Below are positions 24,048 to 34,309 of a stretch of DNA of 64,000 nucleotides, one piece after another (position 1 is the stretch's first letter; each line of letters begins with the position of its first letter). The notes beneath the pieces were generated by a model, which was given only the letters and a program-made list of their open reading frames with translations, did no database searches and was not told where the DNA came from. Source of the DNA: an uncultured delta proteobacterium (GTDB lineage Bacteria > Desulfobacterota > Binatia > UBA9968); assembly GCA_963737905.1 (NCBI GenBank), contig CAVTUQ010000014.1, positions 96,001 through 160,000 of the forward strand, in the 5' to 3' direction. The translations under genes were made by a program, and so were the position numbers.

Positions 24048-25036
24048 ATGGCCGCCATCTATTTCCACGGCGAGTTCTCATTAGGAGGGGAGGGCCTTCA
24101 GATCCTCGACGAGTTGCGCAAGCGTTTCGGGCGGGACACGTTGACGACTCGACTCGACCGGCGAGGACCACGAGTCTCGATGATGAGTGATGCCATTGCG
24201 TCCGTTGTGGCGGCGATCGTCTACATCATCGAGCCGGGAACTAAAAAGAAGGACCTCGAATCCGTGTTGCGCCCCGAGCGCACGCGTCCGCTAACGGCCT
24301 CAGAGATCATTAATAGCGATTTCCGTCCGGGCGATTTAGATCCGGCCAACCTCCCTTACTTGCTGGATCGCGATCACATCCTGGACCTCGAGATCCCTGT
24401 TATTGCAGTGCTTGTTGGCGGCGTGAACTCGAATGTCTTGCCTATCTACAAGCGCATCACGCCAATCACCCTTACTGAGAAATCTTGGGCGCATAGGGTA
24501 GCGAGCGTCGTGTCGGCGCTTGAGATGCTCGTGAGCGTCCCGCAGCTTCGCGGGACTTCGAACGACTCCTTGGCAACACTGCTCGAGAGGCGCAAGCCCG
24601 AGCCCGTCAAGCCCGACAAACCCCGCGCCGCGCACGAAGTGTTCGTCAGCTACGCCTTCAAGGACCAGGCGTTCGCTGACGCAATGGTGCGCGCCCTCGA
24701 GGAGAAAGGCATCCCCTGCTGGATCGCATCGCGAGACGTGCCGAAGGCGAGTCCTACGCGAAGCGAATTCCGGGCGCGATTCGCTCAAGCCGGCTAATCG
24801 TCGTGGTGGTCTCCGAGCACTCGAACCCATCGGAGGACGTGCTCAGCGAGGTCACACTCGCGAAGAACGCGAACGTGCCGAGGCTGCCGCTACTGATCGA
24901 TAATTCACCTCTCGACGACGGGCTCGCATACTTCTTCAGCCACCCCGTTCGTCTGTACGCGGCGGGCATGGGGCGCGCCGCCGCCATCGTCGCGCTCGTG
25001 GAGGAGGTGAAGCGCCACCTGCGACGGAATTTTTGA
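24048..25036 (+). CDS. TIR-domain protein (degenerate TIR-like N-domain plus TIR_2 C-domain); frameshift near 24750
   Basis: VFVSYAFKD..FADAMVRALEEKGIPCWIASRD, VVVSEHSNPSEDVLSEV (catalytic Glu), LPLLID. Confidence 0.8.
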
Positions 25037-25271
25037 GTTCTCGAGTGGCGGGACTTCAAAGCAAATTCCTATTATTCTTCACGAGAAAGAGGCAGGGGTC
25101 AGCTCTTTGGACTATGACATCAATGCTTCAAGCTCCCACACCCAACGCTCCGCCTAGCAGAAGACAGATTTTTGGGATCAGGTCTGAGTTTAGACTTTAG
25201 GAACGCAGGTTTGGGGGTAAGGCACTTTAACTCCGCTTATCGGAAAACGCTCGTGTAGAAAGTGCGGCCGC

Positions 25272-25537
25272 GTCTTGGAGTTGAATACTGGCTGCGAAGT
25301 TTTCAATTCGATCTTTGAACTTCATCTCCTTCGCATCTTACACTCTACAACCCGGCAGTTCCAACTCACGGTTGCATAACCGTTGGTTCCGAAATATTCC
25401 TCTATCTCCGGCAACGTTCGATCGCAACAGCGCCGAACCAGGTACATCGCCACCTTCCCGCTTCATTCTCCCGGCCCCTTAGACAGGGTTTGCTGAGAAA
25501 CTCCGACATTGGTGACAGAAAAGCAACAGATTCGAGA
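25272..25537. mobile_element. Composite Y1 A/B remnant, copy 2, with a different internal junction
   Basis: Shares GAGTTGAATACT..GTTCGATCGC with the other copies, extends A to RGRENEA.KVAMYLVRRC, then joins B at GFAEKLRH..TEKQQIREI. Confidence 0.7.
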
Positions 25538-25741
25538 GATACGAAGCGGTGTCGCTCACTCTGGTCGAACCAACGTAACGGATTGATCTCGTGATCTAAA
25601 GCTCTAATATGGCTTCTATAAACTTTTAAGAGTGGTTTTTGGTAGCGAAAAGCACGATCTAAGGCAGTGCAGCGATGCGGCGCCAACCGGCATTTGGTGC
25701 CCGGCCTTGTCTGGCGTATCACCCATCGCTGTCACATTTTT

Positions 25742-25832
25742 AAAAGGCGCATTGTGAATGGTTGAAGTAGGATTGAGCGCAGACATCGCGCGACGAGACG
25801 ATCGCTGGTCTGAGTCGATCGCGATCGGCAGC
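25742..25832 (+). mobile_element. Family C remnant, partial (5' part only)
   Basis: Matches 30293-30383. Confidence 0.7.
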
Positions 25833-25946
25833 ATTAGCCTAACTAAATCCCATCCACATGGACGCATGACCCGCATAAGTAACAGCACGGTTGGATACGG
25901 AATACCTGGCAGTCATTAAACAGGCGTAGAGAATCTACCGAACCAG

Positions 25947-26324
25947 TTAGACTTTTGCGGGGAGCAACCTGCGAACGGCCGCGATTAAGGCGGCTGCATC
26001 TATAGGTTTCTGAATAAACTCTGCGAAGTCTTCCAAAATAACCTTTCCCGAACCGGCGGAAAGATACCCTGAAATGACTATTATCGGCATGTTCGGCCAT
26101 CTGGCACGAATTTGGTGGATCAGATTGACTCCATGAAGTCCGGGGAGAACAAGGTCAACGATTACTAGATCAAAGGCTTCCTGAGTAAGTACTTCGGCTC
26201 CCGTAGTAAGTATTTCCAAGGCTTGGTCCCCGTTTTGTGCTTCGGCTACTTGGTAACCTTCGGCTCGCAAAATCTGAGTAAACGCGCGCCGACTCAGAGA
26301 GTCGTCTTCAACAAAAAGAATCAT
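25947..26324 (-). CDS. Stand-alone receiver protein
   Basis: ILFVEDD, DLVIVDLVLPGLHG, IVISG, IQKPI. Confidence 0.9.
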   Translation of the reverse strand: MILFVEDDSLSRRAFTQILRAEGYQVAEAQNGDQALEILTTGAEVLTQEAFDLVIVDLVLPGLHGVNLIHQIRARWPNMPIIVISGYLSAGSGKVILEDFAEFIQKPIDAAALIAAVRRLLPAKV

Positions 26325-26602
26325 TTTCGGTCTAAGTTAGCTGTTTCACCTTCGGACATCCGCAGACTCGTCTATATGCTCATTCATTGATCCTTTAACA
26401 TCGTGCTGTCAACGAAGTCGTTGTCCTTGTTCAACCGTTAGGCTAAGTGACGTCTGATTATAAGCCATCTTGAGTCTAATGCCAGCTGGGGCACAGTCAA
26501 CCTCTTTTTTGTTTAATTCTATCGAACAAGGCTCCTAGAATCGGTTACCTAGAATTCTCTTAACCTTTAGAAAGCATCCCAAACATCCTCATGTTCTGCA
26601 GG

Positions 26603-26855
26603 CGAGACAATCGCTGGTCTGAGTCAATCGCGATCGGCAGCGAGGGATTTGTTGAGCAAGTGAAAATTGAATTGGGCTTCAGAGCACAACATCGCCAGGT
26701 TGCGGTGGCGGACGGTTTGTATACTCTTCGAGAGCCGGTGCCGCCTTATGGCGACCATTTCGATAGGGAAAATGAGGCTCTAAGGCCAAATAACACCGTT
26801 CCCTGGCAAACAAACCTTGAAACAACAGAGGCTTAGCCTCGGTCCGACCCCAACG
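26603..26855 (+). mobile_element. Y1-transposase 3'-end remnant, family C, copy 2
   Basis: Near-identical to 17766-18017 with the same 3' end. Confidence 0.8.
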
Positions 26856-27093
26856 TCCCGACGTGTCTGATCCCCGCGGATCGGGTCCTCGGAGAATTCA
26901 ATAAAAAGCTTTAGCGAACCGACTTGATGAGGGTTCGCGTCGCTACAATAACGTGGAAGGCCAAAAGCATGGATACACTCCCCGGTGAAGAATTCAGGAG
27001 TACAATGTTTTTGCGTCCCAATCAGTGACTCGTTTTTTTCCTTTTTCCAAATGGAATAAGCTCGGGACCGCATCGTTAAGCGCGGCTCCTATC

Positions 27094-29109
27094 CTAGTTC
27101 TGATCAATCCTTACCGCCGCCGTTTGCCGCACAAAGCCGGGAGGACGGCCGTGCTTGGAACGAATTTCTAACCAACCATCGCGGGAATCGACAACATTGA
27201 TTTTAATTCCCGGTTTAATGTTGGCGATCAGCCGTGAGGTATCGCTCGGCTCCCTGTAAACTTGGGTTGACCGAGATATTTTGTATGTACCCTGGACACG
27301 TCTCCGTATTTGTTTGGGAAATTCATTAGCTCCCGACGCAGGACTTGATCTTTGGAGCGTTTCTGAGCCAGCCTCGATTGGGATCGATTGCTCAATAGTC
27401 ACGGTTTCAGGCGCGACGGCTAGTTCTTTCGACCCGGAAGGCTTGTTGGAGCCTGTGTTCAGGGCGCCGACAGCGACGGTGGCCACGATTGCAATCGCAC
27501 CCGTGGCCGCAATCATTCCGACGCGCCGTGTTCGCTTTCCTGGAGTCTGGATGAGCGGTTTGATTTCTTCGTCGTTTGCCACGTGGACCCTGGCCGCCGA
27601 GTCGTCCGAACTCAAATCGATGGGATTGCTACTCTTATCACCTAGGCCATCGATCAGGGAATTCGCTTCCGAGACTGCCACTTGCTGCGCTTGTAATTCC
27701 ACGAGGTGCTGCCGAAAGGTGCTAACCTGCGTTTGGGTTTCCTCACTCTCTACGGGCCGTTCCTGCGATCGCGAAATTTCTTCTTCAAGTCGGCGATTTT
27801 CCTCACTTAGCTCCTCGCACATGCGCTCCATTCCCGCCAACCGTTCGCAAGTCGCATCTAGCTCTTGAACTTTTACTTTCCCCGTATCGAGCTCCCGTTG
27901 CAAGTCCGCGACTTGTGTTTTCAGCTTGTCTTGCTCCTCGTTCAAGATCATTTCCCGAGATTCAACCATGCCTAGTTGTTCCTGTGTGGCCTCCAATTCA
28001 CGGACTCGCGCTTGGCCTTCTTCTGCTTGTCGTTTCAACTCGACAACTTCGTTTTGCAGTCGCGCATAACATTCGGCGGACTCCTGATTCTGCCATGCGG
28101 ATTCGCTAAGCCGGGTTTCGCTCGTTTGAAGCTGGTTTTGCAGAGACGCAATCTCTTCGCGCAGCTGCTGATTTTCGAAATTGACGCCACCTAGGCGCTG
28201 TTGCTTGGCCTCAAGCTCTCTTATGGCTTCTTGGCTTGCTTGCAGCTGATTGCTCAGTTCGCTGACCTCGGTTTGGAGTCTCGAATTGTGCTCGGTAATC
28301 TCCCGGGCCTGAGTGACTGCTTCATTACAACGGCTTGCGGTCGTTCCTAGTTGTGTTTTTACGCTTGCTATTTCCTCTCGAAGCGCTTGGTTCTCGGTGT
28401 GCAACTGCTGATTCTCGGATTGAATACCAGGCATGTGATCCTGTAGTGTTCGGAGTTCTTCTACGGTCTGTTCGCTCGCCGCGAGCTGACTTGAAAGCGA
28501 GTTCATCATCTCCAGCAGCTCGTTGTTTTTCATCGTCAGTTTATCCATTTGCTGTCTTGATTCGGCGAGGTCAGATTCTAGTTGTAAATCGCGATCAGCA
28601 ACCTCCTTGTACTGACTGGCAGTTGTGTTAAGCAGCGATTCGCTCGTTTGAAGCTGGTTTCGGAGGTTCTCAATCTCCTCGCGCAGCTGCTGGTTTTCCA
28701 AATTGACGCCACCTAGGCGCTGTTGCTCGGCCTCAAGCGCCTTGATGGTTTCTTGGCTTGCTTGCAACTGCTGTTCTAGCTCGCCAGCGCTCATTAGCTG
28801 GCGTTGCTCGCACTGAAGCTCCTCCACCATTCTTTTGCTGTCTTCAAGTTCGCTTGACAGGGAGGCGATCTTTTCGATGAGGTACTTGTTTCTCGTCGTT
28901 AATTCCGCGGATGGATGCGTTTCAGAGTCTTGAGCATCGGAGGTCGGACATAGCTGGCCAATGATGGCGCGGATGCGATGATTGCGTCGGAGTTTCTCTA
29001 ACTCGCGTCGCTGTTTTCTAAGCTCGCGCTCGGCAGCCAGCAGAAGTATCCCTAGAACTATCATGGCTGCGGCGGCGAACATAAGCAGCCAGGCTAACAG
29101 GGTTTCCAT
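27094..29109 (-). CDS. Membrane-anchored long coiled-coil protein with second TM and C-terminal SH3b-like domain
   Basis: N-terminal TM, about 450 aa heptad-rich region with internal repeat, TM IAATGAIAIVATVAVGAL, VYREPS..SRLIANIKPG.KINVVDSRDGWLEI....PPGFV. Confidence 0.8.
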   Translation of the reverse strand: METLLAWLLMFAAAAMIVLGILLLAAERELRKQRRELEKLRRNHRIRAIIGQLCPTSDAQDSETHPSAELTTRNKYLIEKIASLSSELEDSKRMVEELQCEQRQLMSAGELEQQLQASQETIKALEAEQQRLGGVNLENQQLREEIENLRNQLQTSESLLNTTASQYKEVADRDLQLESDLAESRQQMDKLTMKNNELLEMMNSLSSQLAASEQTVEELRTLQDHMPGIQSENQQLHTENQALREEIASVKTQLGTTASRCNEAVTQAREITEHNSRLQTEVSELSNQLQASQEAIRELEAKQQRLGGVNFENQQLREEIASLQNQLQTSETRLSESAWQNQESAECYARLQNEVVELKRQAEEGQARVRELEATQEQLGMVESREMILNEEQDKLKTQVADLQRELDTGKVKVQELDATCERLAGMERMCEELSEENRRLEEEISRSQERPVESEETQTQVSTFRQHLVELQAQQVAVSEANSLIDGLGDKSSNPIDLSSDDSAARVHVANDEEIKPLIQTPGKRTRRVGMIAATGAIAIVATVAVGALNTGSNKPSGSKELAVAPETVTIEQSIPIEAGSETLQRSSPASGANEFPKQIRRRVQGTYKISRSTQVYREPSDTSRLIANIKPGIKINVVDSRDGWLEIRSKHGRPPGFVRQTAAVRIDQN

Positions 29110-29371
29110 AATATTCCTCCTATACCAACTTCGTCGCCGGTGACTCGAAAATATTCTCTAAGCCGTTTCTTGAGGAGCTGAATTTCTTGCCGCTGGTGTT
29201 GAGCAATGTTCTAGGGGGGAGCAATGGATCTGCCATCCGGCTAAGCACCCCTAAGAGTCCGCTTAAAAAAAATCGTGACCGCGACTTGTCTGACTGCGAG
29301 CGTGAGGCCGCCTTTGCTGGCGCTGGCGACAAGCAGCAGGTCTTCGATAACTGCATGAAGGCTAGGGGCTA

Positions 29372-29578
29372 TTAGTAGGAGCCCTCGTCACAGCAGGGAG
29401 ATTGCCCGCCGGAGACCGATCGTTGACCCGAACCCGCCCCGGCCGTCCCCGAAACCGCCTTTTTTAACGCTCTCCCGAGGTCCTGTAGATCTTCCCCTAT
29501 GCCACGAGTCGTTGCGCATCCTTCCAAGGTTAATACGGCCAAAAGCAACGCCCAGAGGGGCGACGTCTTCCTTTTCAT
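29372..29578 (-). CDS. Entericidin EcnA/B-like lipoprotein
   Basis: Lipobox LEGC then ATTRGIGEDLQDLGRAL; sigma54 site TGGCATATCCATTGCT at 29773-29788 (-). Confidence 0.75.
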   Translation of the reverse strand: MKRKTSPLWALLLAVLTLEGCATTRGIGEDLQDLGRALKKAVSGTAGAGSGQRSVSGGQSPCCDEGSY

Positions 29579-30292
29579 TTTGCCTCCAGGTGAATCTATA
29601 GCGCCGGGTGAATGGAGGATCGACTTTTCGTTTCTTCGTTCCGTTCTTGACAGTAGATCGTTCCAGTCTGGCTAAATAGAAAAATGGTCGACAATAAAAA
29701 TAAAATAAAACGATATTTTCTGGTCACGATTGCCTCGGGTGCTTACCATGCAGTCCTCCCAATTCTCTAAGGAGCAATGGATATGCCACCCGGCTAGACA
29801 TTGCCAACACGACGATTTTTGCGGTTTTACAAAGCAGGTCGGCCATTCAAGCTTGAAGAATTTACCTGACCAGCGAAAATTTCGGCCTGTTCTAATGGAC
29901 TCGCCACCCCTCTCTGAAATTTTCCCCCGTAACAGGGGATTACTATCCAGACGGGTTGACGAGCCCCTTCGAACTGATCCCAAGAAAATTCACTTGCTTA
30001 GCCTCGTTTAGATCGGCGGCATTGGCGTTGCTCAGGAAAACATGCATATCACGCTGCCACAGCTGGCAGGTTTATAGGCGTTAGGACGGAGCGGATATTT
30101 TCAGTAAGGGGATTAGAGACACACGACCAGCACGCCGTAGGAGATGGCATACGGAGTCGCGCGAGAGGACTTTGCACAAATCCGCAGTGCGACAAAGACG
30201 CAGATTCTATTTTTCTAACTGCCCAGTGTCGGGTACAACCCGGAAGAAGAAAACCAGCTATTAGAAAAACTGCATTGCCAAGCCGTATAACA

Positions 30293-30596
30293 AAAAGGCG
30301 CATCGTGAATGGGTCGAAGCAGGATCGAGCGGAGACATAGTGCGACGAGACGATCGCTAGTCTGAGTCGATCGGGTTCGGCAGCGAGGGATCGGTTGAGC
30401 AAGTGAAAATTGAATTGGGCTTCAGAGCACAACATCGCCAGGTTTGTGGGGACGGTTTGTATACTCTTCGCGAGCCAGTGTCGCCTTATGGCGACCATTT
30501 CGATAGGGAAAATGAGGCTCTAAGGCCAAATAATACCGTTCCCTGGCAAACAAATCTTGAAACCAACAGAGGCTTAGCCTGGTCCGACCTCCAACG
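30293..30596 (+). mobile_element. Y1-transposase 3'-end remnant, family C, copy 3 (longest)
   Basis: AHREWVEAG...RRDDR.SES...; ends GGTCCGACCTCCAACG. Confidence 0.8.
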
Positions 30597-30704
30597 TTTT
30601 TTCCGTTTGTGGGACCTAAGTCCTATGCTTTAGTGCGCTCTCGGGGTTTTGCCCTGAACCCTTCCCAATCAAAGAGTTTCGCCAGTGCGTCAGTCTCCGC
30701 ACGG

Positions 30705-32291
30705 CTAGCGTCCATCGTCGTGATGGCGGTCACGATCGCGTCGATCTTCGCAAACGAAGTTCGCCGCATCATCGATGCTGCCAGACCCCACGTACCGCGC
30801 CACTTGCGGGTAAGCACAGATGGGACGTGTGCGGCTCACCGCGCCGGCAGTAACCCTGGAGGCAATGATCTCCTCCGGGGCCGTGCCCTCCTCGACCCAA
30901 TCCTCAAGCGCGCTCACCAGGTCCAACGTATTGGGCCCTCCAGGGTTGGCTCCGCCACAATGTCCCACATTGGGCAATAGGAAGAGTCGGACGAAATCCT
31001 CCGTTTTGTCCGGGTGACGCCGGTTACGATCGGCTTTGGTCCGAATCCTGTTGTAGTAATCAATGGTGTCCACCGGGTTTGGCAGTGGGTCGGATTCACC
31101 ATGCCACACGATCATCTTGCCGCCACGCTTATTGAAGGCGGTCAGATCTGGGTTGTCCGCGTTGTGGATGAACTCTAGTGTCTCACCATCGAACTCCTTG
31201 TTGAGCGTATATTCGACGTCTCTGTCGAAAGTGAAGGTCGTGAAGTTATAGTTGGGATCTTCGAAGACCGTATTCTGAAAGAACGTGGTGTATTGTGGAT
31301 TTGGCACGTCCCCGATCGATTGTCCCTGATCGAGTTCGCTCGTCCTCGGCACCCCTGGATAGACCTGTTCGCCCGTGGCCAGGTTCACCGGTGGCCCGGC
31401 GTACATACACTGGAGGGTTTCGACCTGGGGCGCGGTGAGACACGTCGGGTTGTCGGCACCGGTGCAGAGCAAACTCTTGGGCTGGAACTTGCAGCGCCGC
31501 GGGTCGTCGACCTGGCCGTCCACAAGACCGTCCAGGTGGTCGCAGGCCGCTATTACCGCCTTGAAGATTGCCGGCAGCTTGCCGACTGGGATGGCGTGCG
31601 CGCCGGTCGGATCCTCATGATTGCACTGCCAGGTCCAGACATGCCGCGATCGCAGTTGGAGCACCCGGTAGACAGGTGAGCCAGCGATGATGCCATCGTA
31701 GTCGTCGGGGTAGCGCTGGGCCTCCATGAACGCCTGCCGGCCGCCAGTCGAGCACCCGTTGAAGTAGGAACGCTCGGGATCGGCTCCGTAGAAGCCGTTG
31801 ATGATCGCTTTGGACTTCAACGTGAGCTCGTGAATCGATCGATAGCCGTAGTCTTTGATCTGCTGCGCGTTGGTCCACCAGGGATCGCCAGGGGCGTTGG
31901 AGCTGTGCCCAGTGTCCGTAGATGCTGTGGCATAATTGCGACTGAGCGCGGTTTGCATGTCCGAGAAGCTGATCGATCCGGCCAGGCCGCCGTTGCCGAC
32001 TGCCTGGAATTTCCCGTTCCAGTCTACCGTCGGTATCCAGACTTCGAAGAGGATCGCCGGCGTTATGACCCCTCTCACCCGACAGATGGGAAGCGCAATA
32101 TTGCCGACCGGGGACGGATTCGGGCCCGCTGCCAGCGACTCAACTAGCGTGATGGTCGTTTCCGGTAAGTTGAGGGCCGCGAAAGTCTCGAGGGTACAAG
32201 GCGCGGTCGTAGCTGTGGACGGCGTCGGCGCGAGCGCGACCGTCACAACCAAGGCAGTGGAGAGAACAATGAGAAAAAAGCGGCGACTCAT
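30705..32291 (-). CDS. Secreted tannase/feruloyl esterase, copy B (duplicate of 12583-14169)
   Basis: Near-identical protein except signal peptide and N-terminus. Confidence 0.93.
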   Translation of the reverse strand: MSRRFFLIVLSTALVVTVALAPTPSTATTAPCTLETFAALNLPETTITLVESLAAGPNPSPVGNIALPICRVRGVITPAILFEVWIPTVDWNGKFQAVGNGGLAGSISFSDMQTALSRNYATASTDTGHSSNAPGDPWWTNAQQIKDYGYRSIHELTLKSKAIINGFYGADPERSYFNGCSTGGRQAFMEAQRYPDDYDGIIAGSPVYRVLQLRSRHVWTWQCNHEDPTGAHAIPVGKLPAIFKAVIAACDHLDGLVDGQVDDPRRCKFQPKSLLCTGADNPTCLTAPQVETLQCMYAGPPVNLATGEQVYPGVPRTSELDQGQSIGDVPNPQYTTFFQNTVFEDPNYNFTTFTFDRDVEYTLNKEFDGETLEFIHNADNPDLTAFNKRGGKMIVWHGESDPLPNPVDTIDYYNRIRTKADRNRRHPDKTEDFVRLFLLPNVGHCGGANPGGPNTLDLVSALEDWVEEGTAPEEIIASRVTAGAVSRTRPICAYPQVARYVGSGSIDDAANFVCEDRRDRDRHHDDGR

Positions 32292-32352
32292 AAGGCACCT
32301 CCTACTTTTTTGGTGGGATAGCTTCAAGTTTTATTGTAGAAGAAGCGGGCTC

Positions 32353-32395
32353 GTCCAATATTATTTTTCAATGACGGCCATCGGTTTTCCTTATG
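32353..32395 (-). promoter_or_regulatory. LysR-type promoter for tannase copy B
   Basis: Identical to 14219-14261. Confidence 0.7.
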
Positions 32396-32473
32396 CCGCG
32401 TCAAGTTCCGGTATTGTGTAAAATAGAAGTTCGCGCTCCGATTGATTTTTCCTCATTACCTATTTCTACTCGT

Positions 32474-32516
32474 CAGAAATAAAACTTATAGCTGACATTA
32501 GAAAAATATATTGGAC
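32474..32516 (+). promoter_or_regulatory. LysR-type promoter for the hydrolase at 32572
   Basis: CAGAAATAAAACTTATA-N5-CATTAGAAAAATATA-TTGGAC, gapless match to the other sites. Confidence 0.6.
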
Positions 32517-32571
32517 GGCCGGCAATCTTCTAGATAAAAAGGCAGTCTCACTCCCGAAAGGAAGCACAAAC

Positions 32572-34110
32572 ATGTACGAAATCAAAATAGACAGATCACT
32601 GTTCATCCTAGCCATAGTTTTGGCTTTTGGTTTGCTCTGCTTTTCCGCATCGCAGGCCCAGCTCCAGCCGACCACAAATGTCGTTGTCACCGACAATCTT
32701 AACAGCGACGGCAATATCAACGTGAACGCGGCGCGCTTGCGACGACCCAGCACCGACGTGTTGGGAAAGGCGCACATCGGCATCTTCGTCATGCATTCTT
32801 TCTCCGGTTACCAGAATTTTTCAGTTTGCAATGGATTGGCCCAGCGGGGTTTTACGACCTTGTGTGCCGACAGCATATGGACGGGACGTCAGGACCAATT
32901 TTACGGCTTTGAGCAGCATGCTCCGGGAATCAGAGCGGGAATCAACTACTTGCGAAACCTTCCCGCTGATCCGGCAACGGGTCTACCGGCCATCTCAAAG
33001 GTCATTCTTTGGGGCCACAGCGCAGGCTCGGCCATGATGTCGTTCTATCAGAACGTCGCGGAAAACGGTCCACGGATTGCCTGCCAGGGACGGGAAAAAA
33101 TCCTTCCCTGCGTTGATACGAACCTACGCAACTTGCCCAAGGCAGACGGGTTGATGTTGTTCGACCCGCAGGAAGGGCCCGACGTATGGTTCTTCAATGT
33201 AGACCCGGCGGTGATTAACAACGCTTGTACTGTCCGGGATCCGCGGTTGGACATGTTCCTCCCCGAGAACGGCTTGACCAGTAACGAGTCCGGGACCTAC
33301 AGCAAGCAATTCTTGAACAGATTTTTCAAGGAGCAAGCCGAACGAAATCGCGATCTACTTGAAGTAGCGCAGGACTTGTTGCGTGCAAAAAGACTGATTA
33401 CCGGCAACCCTGACGAGATGGGCGACGATATACCGTTCACGATCGTTGGCACCACAGATGCGCGGCCATGGAACTATGATTTAAACTTGCGCCACATCAC
33501 CAAGAAGCCGCACGTCTTTCTGTCCCGCGATGGCACGAACAAGTTCCAGATCGTGGAAACCGTTCGAGTTCCCAACGGAGATGCTGAATCAGGCTTGGAT
33601 TGTGCCACTTCGACGCAGACTGTCAACGTGCATATCTGGCTTGGCGCGAAAGCTTTGCGTACCACTGACCAACAAAAAGATGGCAAAGATCATAAAAAAG
33701 ACCACCGGAACAAACACGATGAGATCTACAATCAGACCGAAAATGATATTCTTGGTATCGATTGGGATTCAACCGCCACAAATCCTTACACCAACCTCAA
33801 GGGAGTCGGAAAACATCCAAATGACAATCAGAAGACAACACCACTGCTGATTATCTCCAACGGCGCTTATTACTTTATCGTTCCCGGGGAGATTTACTAT
33901 GATATAGCGTACAGCAAGGACAAAACGTACGCTATATCAGAAGGTGCCGTGCACGGCGGTGGACCCTGCGCCGACTGCACGCGCGTAATCCTCAACAATC
34001 CCGACCTGGCAACTGCCGAGGCCAATGCTTACTGGACCGACCCACAAGGGAACGGCCCACTCGAAAGATCCTTCAACTTCATGGCTGACTGGTTGACCGC
34101 GAGGTATTAG
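32572..34110 (+). CDS. Secreted alpha/beta hydrolase, uncharacterised family
   Basis: Signal peptide, GIFVMHS, LWGHSAGS nucleophile elbow, EGAVHG His motif. Confidence 0.8.
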   Translation: MYEIKIDRSLFILAIVLAFGLLCFSASQAQLQPTTNVVVTDNLNSDGNINVNAARLRRPSTDVLGKAHIGIFVMHSFSGYQNFSVCNGLAQRGFTTLCADSIWTGRQDQFYGFEQHAPGIRAGINYLRNLPADPATGLPAISKVILWGHSAGSAMMSFYQNVAENGPRIACQGREKILPCVDTNLRNLPKADGLMLFDPQEGPDVWFFNVDPAVINNACTVRDPRLDMFLPENGLTSNESGTYSKQFLNRFFKEQAERNRDLLEVAQDLLRAKRLITGNPDEMGDDIPFTIVGTTDARPWNYDLNLRHITKKPHVFLSRDGTNKFQIVETVRVPNGDAESGLDCATSTQTVNVHIWLGAKALRTTDQQKDGKDHKKDHRNKHDEIYNQTENDILGIDWDSTATNPYTNLKGVGKHPNDNQKTTPLLIISNGAYYFIVPGEIYYDIAYSKDKTYAISEGAVHGGGPCADCTRVILNNPDLATAEANAYWTDPQGNGPLERSFNFMADWLTARY

Positions 34111-34309
34111 AAGCGCTGCGATTAAGTCCGTCGCTCGAATCTTCGATGAATGGGTAATTCGCGATTTTTGTTAGGAGAGGCAGAGATTTATCATAAAACG
34201 TGTTTCGCCAGGTTCAATTGGAAGCGAAAAAGAGACAGACACAAAAGAGACTGTCCCCTTAACTTTCCCTTAGCACCACAAATTGTCGAGTTGAAAAGAG
34301 GTTCAAAGG

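Noticed and set aside
29187-29375. Short ORF ending DCEREA...NCMKARGY
   Set aside because: Looks like the tail of a small lipoprotein but lacks a credible start or signal; too fragmentary to call
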